Source: an uncultured Bacteroidales bacterium
GTDB taxonomy: Bacteria; Bacteroidota; Bacteroidia; Bacteroidales; UBA932
Length of the DNA stretch: 64,000 nt
NCBI GenBank assembly: GCA_944322585.1
Contig: CALUPB010000002.1
Coordinates: forward strand, 4,729 to 68,728
Direction: 5' to 3'
The notes under the pieces: model-generated
Databases searched by the model: none
What the model was told of the DNA's origin: nothing
What the model saw: only the letters and a program-made list of their open reading frames with translations
Program-made: the position numbers and the translations under genes
Shown here: piece by piece, positions 54,375 to 62,007 of the stretch
How positions within the stretch are numbered: position 1 is the stretch's first letter
Layout of the letters: each line of letters begins with the position of its first letter

Positions 54375-54770
54375 TTAGTATACATAACACAATACCTCTC
54401 CGCCGACATGGAGTTCCTTGGCCTCCTTGTCCGAGAGAATGCCTCTTGAAGTGGAAAGGATTGCTATCCCGAGTCCGTTCAGGACGCGAGGCATGTTCTC
54501 CACATCAGTATATTTCCTGAGGCCCGGCTTCGATACGCGCACAATCTTCTTGACTGCGGCAGCCTTGGTCTGAGGATGATACTTGAGAGCGATCTTGATG
54601 GTGTTGTAAGGAGTACCCTCTTCTACCTTGTAGGTAAGGATGTACCCTTTCTCGAAAAGGATCTTCGTGATAGCCAGCTTCATCTTGGATGAAGGGACTT
54701 CAACGATCTTCTTCCCTGCCATATAGGCATTGCGGATCCTTGTGAGATAATCTGCAATTGGATCAGTCAT
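54375..54770 (-). CDS. rpsH: 30S ribosomal protein S8
   Basis: True start MTDPIADYLTRIRNA at 54770; SKPGLRKY; GGEVLCYV. Confidence 0.99.
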   Translation of the reverse strand: MTDPIADYLTRIRNAYMAGKKIVEVPSSKMKLAITKILFEKGYILTYKVEEGTPYNTIKIALKYHPQTKAAAVKKIVRVSKPGLRKYTDVENMPRVLNGLGIAILSTSRGILSDKEAKELHVGGEVLCYVY

Positions 54771-54855
54771 TGTTCTTCTTTTTAGCGGAACCGGCATCCG
54801 ATGATGCCCGATATCCAACGGTTAATAAATAATATTGATAATTCTGTATTTCATC

Positions 54856-55125
54856 TTACCAGCTTGCCTTCTTCACTCCCGGAATAAGACCGTTGCTTGC
54901 CATCTCGCGGAACTGGATACGGCTGATGCCGAACATCCTCATGTATCCCTTTGGTCTTCCGGTGAGAGAACAGCGGTTATGCATACGGCAAGGGCTTGAA
55001 TTCTTCGGGAGCCTGTCAAGTGCCGCCCAGTCTCCGGCTTCCTTGAGAGCCTTTCTCTTGGCAGCATACTTGGCAACCAGTCTTGCGCGCTTTACTTCGC
55101 GGGCCTTCATTGATTCTTTTGCCAT
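54856..55125 (-). CDS. rpsN: 30S ribosomal protein S14 (long form)
   Basis: [10 protein letters not shown]; NRCSLTGRP; [11 protein letters not shown]. Confidence 0.99.
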   Translation of the reverse strand: MAKESMKAREVKRARLVAKYAAKRKALKEAGDWAALDRLPKNSSPCRMHNRCSLTGRPKGYMRMFGISRIQFREMASNGLIPGVKKASW

Positions 55126-55137
55126 CTTCGTTCTCCT

Positions 55138-55737
55138 TTAGTTATTATGTTTCTTGAAAGGAAGGCCGAACTCGCGGAGAAGGGCATATGCCTCCTCGTC
55201 GGTCTTTGCTGTAGTCACGAAAGTGATCTCCATACCGAAGATCTTGGTAATCTTGTCGATATCTATCTCCGGGAATATGATCTGCTCCTTGATGCCGAGA
55301 GTATAGTTCCCTCTTCCGTCAAGTTTCTCGGAAATTCCGTTGAAATCCCTGATACGCGGAAGAGCCACCCTGATGAGTCTCTCGAGGAACTCGTACATCT
55401 TGACATTGCGGAGTGTAACCTTCACGCCTATCGGCATACCCTTACGGAGCTTGAAGTTGGATATATCTTTCCTTGAAGCCGTTGCCACCGCCTTCTGCCC
55501 GGTGATGGCGGAAAGCTCCTGCTGTGCGACATCCACGAGCTTCCTGTCTCCCGTAGCATCGCCGATACCCTGGTTGATGGTAATCTTCACAAGTCTCGGA
55601 ACCTGCATGACGGTAGTATACGAGAATTCCTTCATAAGTTTCGGAACTATCTCTTCCTTATAGGTCTTCTTGAGATCCGGAACATATCCCGATGCAACCG
55701 GAGCCTGTGCCTTAGCTGTCTTAGTAGTCTTTGCCAT
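55138..55737 (-). CDS. rplE: 50S ribosomal protein L5
   Basis: [12 protein letters not shown]; [10 protein letters not shown]; LPRIRDFNG; start overlaps the rplX stop (TAATG). Confidence 0.99.
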   Translation of the reverse strand: MAKTTKTAKAQAPVASGYVPDLKKTYKEEIVPKLMKEFSYTTVMQVPRLVKITINQGIGDATGDRKLVDVAQQELSAITGQKAVATASRKDISNFKLRKGMPIGVKVTLRNVKMYEFLERLIRVALPRIRDFNGISEKLDGRGNYTLGIKEQIIFPEIDIDKITKIFGMEITFVTTAKTDEEAYALLREFGLPFKKHNN

Positions 55738-56054
55738 TATTTGATCTCCTCTCCTGATTTTTTGGCATAACGGATCTTCCTGTCTCCCTCGAACCTGTAC
55801 CCTACTCTCGTAGGACCGCCCTTGGCCGGGTCTACAAGCTGAAGATTGGAGATGTGAACCGATCCCTCCTGTTTAATGATACCACCCTGCGGATGCTTTG
55901 CATTCGGTTTGGTATGCTTGCTTATCATATTGATTCCCTCTACGATGGCCCTGTCCTTTGAAGGGATCATCTCAAGGACCTTTCCGGTCTTTCCCTTATC
56001 GTTACCGGCATTTACATAGACGGTGTCGCCTTTCTTGATACGAAACTTTTTCAT
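55737..56054 (-). CDS. rplX: 50S ribosomal protein L24
   Basis: IKKGDTV...GNDKGKTG; IHISN. Confidence 0.99.
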   Translation of the reverse strand: MKKFRIKKGDTVYVNAGNDKGKTGKVLEMIPSKDRAIVEGINMISKHTKPNAKHPQGGIIKQEGSVHISNLQLVDPAKGGPTRVGYRFEGDRKIRYAKKSGEEIK

Positions 56055-56066
56055 AATGCTTTCTTG

Positions 56067-56432
56067 TTAGAGGACCTCCGGTGCCAGTGAAACGATTTTC
56101 ATATAATTCTCACGAAGTTCCCTTGCGACAGGCCCGAAGATACGGGTACCGCGCACCTCTCCCTGGTTGTTGAGGAGGACGCAAGCGTTGTCGTCGAAAC
56201 GGATATATGAGCCGTCCGCCCTGCGGATCTCTTTCTTTGTACGTACTACCACAGCCTTTGACACTGAACCTTTCTTAGCATCTCCACCCGGGATAGCGCT
56301 CTTCACTGCAACGACGATCTTGTCGCCGACCCTTGCATAACGGCGACGGGTACCACCAAGCACACGGATGCAAAGAACCTCCTTCGCACCGCTGTTGTCC
56401 GCCACCTGTAAACGTGTTTCCTGCTGTATCAT
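56067..56432 (-). CDS. rplN: 50S ribosomal protein L14
   Basis: ADNSGAK; FDDNACV; [12 protein letters not shown]. Confidence 0.99.
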   Translation of the reverse strand: MIQQETRLQVADNSGAKEVLCIRVLGGTRRRYARVGDKIVVAVKSAIPGGDAKKGSVSKAVVVRTKKEIRRADGSYIRFDDNACVLLNNQGEVRGTRIFGPVARELRENYMKIVSLAPEVL

Positions 56433-56434
56433 TG

Positions 56435-56689
56435 TTATTTGACTTTTTCAACGATTTCTACTAATCTCCACCTTTTGGTCTTGCTCAAAGGACGGGTCTC
56501 CATGATAAGGACCCTGTCGCCCTCGCTGCACTCGTTCTTTTCGTCATGAGCGACGAACTTGGTGGTCTTCTTGACAAACTTCCCGTAGATCGGGTGTTTC
56601 TCCTGAGTCTGGACTGCCACAACTATGGATTTATCCATCTTGTTGCTGACAACAACCCCAATTCTTTCTTTACGAAGATTCCTTTCCAT
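56435..56689 (-). CDS. rpsQ: 30S ribosomal protein S17
   Basis: [12 protein letters not shown]; [11 protein letters not shown]. Confidence 0.99.
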   Translation of the reverse strand: MERNLRKERIGVVVSNKMDKSIVVAVQTQEKHPIYGKFVKKTTKFVAHDEKNECSEGDRVLIMETRPLSKTKRWRLVEIVEKVK

Positions 56690-56702
56690 CAGAATACAAG
56701 TT

Positions 56703-56897
56703 TTAGTTCTGTTTTTCCTTTTCTGCCAGAATTGTCATCATACGTGCGATGTCCCTCCTGGCCTTCCTTATCTTAGACGTATCCTCTAATGGAGAGATAG
56801 TATGGTTTATCTTCATCGTATCCAGGGCTGACTTCTCCACCTCGATACGTTCACGCAGATCTGCGATTGACATTTCGCGTACTTCAGATGCTTTCAT
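56703..56897 (-). CDS. rpmC: 50S ribosomal protein L29
   Basis: MKASEVRE...RRDIARMMT. Confidence 0.97.
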   Translation of the reverse strand: MKASEVREMSIADLRERIEVEKSALDTMKINHTISPLEDTSKIRKARRDIARMMTILAEKEKQN

Positions 56898-56914
56898 TTT
56901 CTGACTCCATTAAA

Positions 56915-57334
56915 CTATTCAACATAATCCCTGCGGACAACGAACTTGGTGGTTACAGGGAGCTTCTGCGCACCGAGACGGAGAGCCTCCTTCGCAATCT
57001 CCATCGGAACACCCTCTGCCTCGATGAGGATACGGCCCGGGGTTACAGGACATACAAAGCCTTCCGGATTACCCTTACCTTTACCCATTCGCACCTCGGC
57101 AGGCTTCTTGGTGTATGGCTTGTCAGGGAATATCCTGATCCAGATCTTGCCCTCACGTTTCATATAACGTACAACTGCCTGACGGGCAGCCTCGATCTGA
57201 CGACCTGTAAGCCAACAATTTTCCAAGGTCTTGATACCGAAAGAGCCGAACGCAAGCTGGTTGCCTCTCTGGGCCATACCTTTCATGCGGCCTTTCTGCT
57301 GCCTCCTAAATTTTGTTTTCTTTGGTTGTAACAT
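56915..57334 (-). CDS. rplP: 50S ribosomal protein L16
   Basis: [10 protein letters not shown]; QIEAAR; RMGKGKG. Confidence 0.99.
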   Translation of the reverse strand: MLQPKKTKFRRQQKGRMKGMAQRGNQLAFGSFGIKTLENCWLTGRQIEAARQAVVRYMKREGKIWIRIFPDKPYTKKPAEVRMGKGKGNPEGFVCPVTPGRILIEAEGVPMEIAKEALRLGAQKLPVTTKFVVRRDYVE

Positions 57335-57422
57335 TGTTCTATCACTTAATGATTATTCTTCTCAACCCCTAAATAATTGAGCATCAGCTGGTTGGGCGGA
57401 CTTTCTCCCAATTATGGGACTG

Positions 57423-57452
57423 CAAAGATAGTAAAAATTCCTTAAATGCAAA
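57423..57452 (-). promoter_or_regulatory. Dedicated promoter upstream of rplP
   Basis: Minus strand TTTG (complement of 57449-57452), 18-nt spacer, TATCTTTG (complement of 57423-57430). Confidence 0.75.
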
Positions 57453-57653
57453 CTTTTTTATCAAAAAATCCGAACATTTTCGACCGGAAAAGCTGAAAGT
57501 TAAAATACGGGAAATCATCATATTATGACATGTGTTAAAAAATATATCGCTGCATTTTCGACCGCTCCGGGAAAAGCATGTACACCGTTCCTGACGGAAG
57601 GAAGCGGGAGGGACAATTTATCCGCATCACGATACAGGTATCGGATATTTTTC

Positions 57654-57661
57654 TAATTTTG
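57654..57661 (+). promoter_or_regulatory. -7 element for the DUF4294 gene
   Basis: TAATTTTG 16 nt before the ATG. Confidence 0.55.
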
Positions 57662-57677
57662 CCGTTCGGACAAGGCC

Positions 57678-58376
57678 ATGCTACGGAAAGCTCTCATATT
57701 GGTTTCTGCGGTATCCGCATCATTCTGCTGCGGATACACGGCCCATGCCCAGGACACACGGAAGGAAAGGCTTACGCCGGAGCAGCATCAGGAAAACCTG
57801 ATGAAATATACCGTGGAAGGACAGGATACATTATATATAGGGGAAGAACTCCCAGCAGCGAGGGTATACAGCCGTCTCCCGAGACAGAAAGGCAGGGACT
57901 GGAGGAAATACTACAGGTTGGTATACAACTTCAGCAAGGTCTATCCGTACGCCAAGGTGGCAAGACATCTCGTGGACGAGGCTGACAGCACGATAGCAGC
58001 CGACAACCTGAAACGGGGGAAGAGGGAGCGGTACATCGACTCTGTCCAGAAAGAACTGTTCGAGGCATTCGAGGAGCCGATGCGCGGACTGACCGTCAGC
58101 CAGGGAGCTCTGCTGATGAAACTTATCGACCGGGAAGTAGGGAAATCGTCATACCTTATCATAAAGGATTACAAGAACAGGATGGCTGCCGGGTTCTGGC
58201 AGGGAATAGCCAGACTGTTCGGGACGGATCTCAAGGCTCCCTACGACCCTGACGGGGAAGACAGACAGACCGAGGAGCTGGTACAGATATGGGAAAGGGG
58301 TGAATTCGAAGGCCTGTATTACTCACTGTTCTGGCAATATCCCACTCTGCCGGAAATCCCGTCGAAATATATGTAG
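57678..58376 (+). CDS. DUF4294 family exported protein
   Basis: Signal peptide; YYRLVYNFSKVYPYAK; LTVSQGALLMKLIDRE; FWQGIARLFG...YDP. Confidence 0.85.
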   Translation: MLRKALILVSAVSASFCCGYTAHAQDTRKERLTPEQHQENLMKYTVEGQDTLYIGEELPAARVYSRLPRQKGRDWRKYYRLVYNFSKVYPYAKVARHLVDEADSTIAADNLKRGKRERYIDSVQKELFEAFEEPMRGLTVSQGALLMKLIDREVGKSSYLIIKDYKNRMAAGFWQGIARLFGTDLKAPYDPDGEDRQTEELVQIWERGEFEGLYYSLFWQYPTLPEIPSKYM

Positions 58377-59068
58377 CCGGATCCGTCTATCCAGTCTTCG
58401 AGCACAAACAGACGGGCCCCTCCGGGGAGTTCCATGTCCACATGTGCATGATAGTGCCCGAATATGAAATAGTCTACGTGTCTTGTGCGGGAAAACTCTT
58501 CCGCAAACCTGTAAAGAGGCTCGCCGGTTCCCTTGAACACATATTTTTCGCGGCGTGCGAGACGGTTGTTCCGCGACCATGCATTGCCGATACGGAACGC
58601 TATCCACGGATGCAGCATGCTGAAAAGGATCTGCAGCAGCCGGCAATGGAATATTCTACGCAGGAAACGGTATCCGGCAGGGACAGGGCCGAGCCCGTCC
58701 CCGTGTCCGAGACAGAACGTACGGCCGCCGATCTCCACCACTGCCGGCTGCACAAGACGCTTCATGCCGAGCTCCTCGAAATAGGAGTATGTCCAGACAT
58801 CATGGTTACCCTGAAAAAAGAACACCTGAACACCTGCGTCTATCATGTCCTGGATAGCGGCAAACACCTTCGCATACCCTTTGGGAACGACATCCCGGTA
58901 TTCATACCAGAAATCGAATATGTCGCCGAGAAGGTACAGGGCAGAAGCGGAAGACACGTCTATGGAACGGAGAAAGCTGACGAAACGCTCCTCCCGTCCC
59001 TTCGGATCCTGCACGTCAAGTCCGAGATGGACGTCAGCGACAAAATATGTATACCTTCTTTCCGTCAT
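58319..59068 (-). CDS. lpxH: UDP-2,3-diacylglucosamine diphosphatase
   Basis: Metallophosphoesterase motifs DVHLG, GDIFDFW, GNHD, HGDG, GHYH. Confidence 0.9.
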   Translation of the reverse strand: MTERRYTYFVADVHLGLDVQDPKGREERFVSFLRSIDVSSASALYLLGDIFDFWYEYRDVVPKGYAKVFAAIQDMIDAGVQVFFFQGNHDVWTYSYFEELGMKRLVQPAVVEIGGRTFCLGHGDGLGPVPAGYRFLRRIFHCRLLQILFSMLHPWIAFRIGNAWSRNNRLARREKYVFKGTGEPLYRFAEEFSRTRHVDYFIFGHYHAHVDMELPGGARLFVLEDWIDGSGYIYFDGISGRVGYCQNSE

Positions 59069-59106
59069 ATGGACACCGCACTCCGTTCAGAGTTTCAGGA
59101 AATACC

Positions 59107-60000
59107 TCAGTTGAATATAAAGATAAGGGCAGCTACGACAGCGCAGTACACCGCAAACCAGGTCAGCCTTGCCCTCTTCACGAGCGCTATCATCACCTTG
59201 CAGGCGAAGAGACCCGAAACGAAGGCGGAAACGAAACCGAGCACAAGAGGAAGCACTCCGATGGAGGAACCGGTCATTTCCCCTCCGACTACCTGAAGGA
59301 ATGATTCTCCGAGAATCGGTATCATTACCATAAGGAAAGAGAACTGTGCCATTACATCCCTCCTCACCCCGCACAGGAGACCTGTGGAAATGGTGGTCCC
59401 TGAACGGGAAAGTCCCGGAACGACTGCCAGTGCCTGTCCGAGCCCGACCACGAAAGCCTGCCAGTAGGAAATGCCGTTACGGTAACCCTTCCTTTCCGAA
59501 AGCGAAACCTTCCGCGCCGCGGCACCGCCTCCGGATGTACGGATTCCATTCTCCGGAGCCGTACCTGCATCACCCGGCCTGCCCTGTTTCCGGAAAAGGC
59601 TGCCTGACGCCATGTCGGAAAGGAACAGAAGAACGGCCGTACACATCAGGGCGACTCCCACGACAATGATGGACTGGAAAAGTCCTTCCACGAAATCCTT
59701 GAAGAACATTCCCACGATAAAGACAGGTATCATGGATACGCATATCTTCAGGACATAGTCGGTCTCGTCATTGTACCTGAACCTGAAAAATCCCCTTACA
59801 AGCTCCCAAAGCTGTTTCCTGAACACCACAATAGTGCTGAGGACCGTAGCCGCATGCACCAGGACCTCGAACACGAGGTCATCCGCAGCCTCCACTCCGA
59901 GAAGTTCCTTGCCGATTATAAGATGCCCGCTGCTGCTGACAGGAAGAAATTCCGTGAGACCCTGCACGAGCCCCAGGATAATTGCCTCATACCATTCCAT
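59107..60000 (-). CDS. uppP: Undecaprenyl-diphosphate phosphatase (BacA)
   Basis: GLVQGLTEFLPVSSSGH; PGLSRSGTTI; contains a ~35-aa hydrophilic insertion. Confidence 0.97.
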   Translation of the reverse strand: MEWYEAIILGLVQGLTEFLPVSSSGHLIIGKELLGVEAADDLVFEVLVHAATVLSTIVVFRKQLWELVRGFFRFRYNDETDYVLKICVSMIPVFIVGMFFKDFVEGLFQSIIVVGVALMCTAVLLFLSDMASGSLFRKQGRPGDAGTAPENGIRTSGGGAAARKVSLSERKGYRNGISYWQAFVVGLGQALAVVPGLSRSGTTISTGLLCGVRRDVMAQFSFLMVMIPILGESFLQVVGGEMTGSSIGVLPLVLGFVSAFVSGLFACKVMIALVKRARLTWFAVYCAVVAALIFIFN

Positions 60001-60006
60001 TGTCTG

Positions 60007-60231
60007 TCATTTAGTCCTGAATATTCCCATAATCGCCACTATCTCGATTACGATACCCGAAATGATCACCAGCGGAGCAGCCACGAGCCTCCTGAAGTCG
60101 AACATCGCATAGTTGAAGACTTCCGGATCATCGCTCCCTCCTCCGGTCATGAGAATATAGCCCGAAACCATCACTATCAGGCCGGCGAGGAGGATCCTGA
60201 GTCCCTTGGGTGTAATAGCCATCTTATCCAT
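60007..60231 (-). CDS. DUF3098 small membrane protein
   Basis: Two TM segments around GGGSDDPEVFN...F..RR; conserved position between ftsX and uppP. Confidence 0.85.
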   Translation of the reverse strand: MDKMAITPKGLRILLAGLIVMVSGYILMTGGGSDDPEVFNYAMFDFRRLVAAPLVIISGIVIEIVAIMGIFRTK

Positions 60232-60235
60232 AATC

Positions 60236-61114
60236 CTAAAAATACAGTTCGTCCTTTTTCAAGGATACAAGTTTATTCACTACAAAGTACGTACTCGTCA
60301 CACATATCACAAGCCCGGCAGCTATCACTATGCCCATCACTGTCAGAAGAAGATCGAGCCTGAATATCCCGAAAAGCTGTGCGAACTCGTTGCGTATGAA
60401 GAAAAGTATTGCAAGCAGCATTATTATGGCCACAAATGCCGCGAACAGTCCCTGGAAAACAGCCTGGACCATGAACGGCCCCCTTATGAAAGACCGGGTC
60501 GCTCCGACCAGCCTCATGGTATGGATCGTAAAACGCCTGGCATACACGTTCAGCCTTACGGTATTGTTGATAAGGACGAACGATATGAACAGCAGCAGGC
60601 CGATGAATATTCCTATGACGAGGGATATCCTGCTGAGATTGGCGTTCAGGGCATCCACAAGGGAACGCTGGTACACCACCTCATCCACCAGCGGGAATCC
60701 TTCTATCCTTTTCTTCACGACTTCAAGGCTGTCAGTGGATACATAGTCCGCCATAAGGGTGACATCTATGGAAGCCGGAATGGGAGACGTCTCGAACACA
60801 TCGAGGAAATCATCACCGAGCAGAGAGCGCATTTCATCCGCGCCCTGTTCCTTGGAGACATAGGCGCTGTTACGTATGAACGGCATGGACTCCAGTTCCT
60901 TCCTGAATTCAAGCGCCTCCGGTTCGGACACATCCGTATCCAGAAGGACAGAGACCTGCATGTTTTCCTTGAAATAGTCCGACACGCTTCCGGCATTGAC
61001 AAGGAGCAGGCTCGCCACTCCGACAAGGAGCAGCACAAGGCTGATGCTGATTACTGACGACAGATACGCATTGGCGATGCGTCTGCCTATTATCCTGTTT
61101 TCCCCGTTATGCAT
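60236..61114 (-). CDS. ftsX: Cell division permease FtsX
   Basis: Likely start MHNGENR at 61114; SSVISISLVLLL; INNTVRL...RRFTIHTMRLVGAT..FIRGPF. Confidence 0.92.
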   Translation of the reverse strand: MHNGENRIIGRRIANAYLSSVISISLVLLLVGVASLLLVNAGSVSDYFKENMQVSVLLDTDVSEPEALEFRKELESMPFIRNSAYVSKEQGADEMRSLLGDDFLDVFETSPIPASIDVTLMADYVSTDSLEVVKKRIEGFPLVDEVVYQRSLVDALNANLSRISLVIGIFIGLLLFISFVLINNTVRLNVYARRFTIHTMRLVGATRSFIRGPFMVQAVFQGLFAAFVAIIMLLAILFFIRNEFAQLFGIFRLDLLLTVMGIVIAAGLVICVTSTYFVVNKLVSLKKDELYF

Positions 61115-61171
61115 ACATCCCAAGTTCGGCAAGCTCACTAAAGTCAAACATACATAAAACGTATTAGGGGT

Positions 61172-61209
61172 CAAAGATAGTGAAATATCAAAAACATTTC
61201 GTATCTTTG
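61172..61209. promoter_or_regulatory. Divergent -7 elements for ftsX and the GT5-like gene
   Basis: TATCTTTG on the minus strand (61172-61179) and on the plus strand (61202-61209). Confidence 0.6.
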
Positions 61210-61238
61210 TTGAGATATTTGTCTTAATATTTAACAAT

Positions 61239-62006
61239 ATGGGAGATTCTGTCAAAAGAGTTCTGTTCGTCAATTCGGAGATATTCCCATATCTGCCGGA
61301 ATCCGGAATTTCCTTAATTGGAAGATACCTTCCGCAAGGTATCCAGGAAAGGAAAAAAGAAATACGGTCATTCATGCCGAGGTTCGGCTGCATCAACGAA
61401 AGGAAGAACCAGCTGCATGAAGTGATCCGTCTGTCCGGAATGAATATAATCATCAACGACGTGGACAGGCCTCTTGTGATCAAGGTAGCTTCCATTTCCG
61501 CTGCCCGCATGCAGGTATACTTCATTGACAATGAAGATTATTTCCACCGCAAGCAGGTGTATCGGGACGATGAGGGGAAATTCTTCAGCGACAACGGGGA
61601 ACGGGCGGTATTCTTTGCGAGGGGCGTCCTCGAGACAGTCAAGAAACTGAGATGGGCCCCGGACATTATCCATTGTCAGGGATGGATATCCCACCTCCTT
61701 CCGATGTATCTGAAGGAATCCTACATGGACGATCCCATATTCTCGGGAAGCAAGGTGGTCCTTTCCCTGTATGACGACATTCCTCGGGAAAGTTTTACGG
61801 ACAGCCTGAAAGACACTGCCGCGGACGGCACAGAACTTGCGAAGCTCGCAATCCGCTATTCCGACGGGATAATCATGGGCTCGGAAAACATCCCCGAAGA
61901 GGCAGTCAGGGCCTGCAGCGGCCTGCCCGTACTGGAATACGATGCAAAATCCATCCAGGACGGATCGTATATTGATGAATATGATAAATTTTACAGTCAG
62001 ATTTAA
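61239..62006 (+). CDS. Glycogen/starch synthase N-terminal-domain protein (GT5-like)
   Basis: EIRSFMPRFGCINER, YFIDNEDYF, RAVFFARGVLETVKKLRWAPDIIHCQGW; only one Rossmann domain. Confidence 0.85.
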   Translation: MGDSVKRVLFVNSEIFPYLPESGISLIGRYLPQGIQERKKEIRSFMPRFGCINERKNQLHEVIRLSGMNIIINDVDRPLVIKVASISAARMQVYFIDNEDYFHRKQVYRDDEGKFFSDNGERAVFFARGVLETVKKLRWAPDIIHCQGWISHLLPMYLKESYMDDPIFSGSKVVLSLYDDIPRESFTDSLKDTAADGTELAKLAIRYSDGIIMGSENIPEEAVRACSGLPVLEYDAKSIQDGSYIDEYDKFYSQI

Positions 62007-62007
62007 G

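Noticed and set aside
49717-55125. Zinc-independent forms of L36 and S14 as a zinc-starvation paralogue system
   Set aside because: These forms sit in the main operon and are the normal Bacteroidetes versions.
60007-61114. ftsX without an adjacent ftsE
   Set aside because: ftsX-DUF3098-uppP without ftsE is standard in Bacteroidetes.
61115-61531. N-terminal extension of FtsX in the ORF track
   Set aside because: It overlaps the divergent GT5-like gene and promoters; the homologous region starts at 61114.
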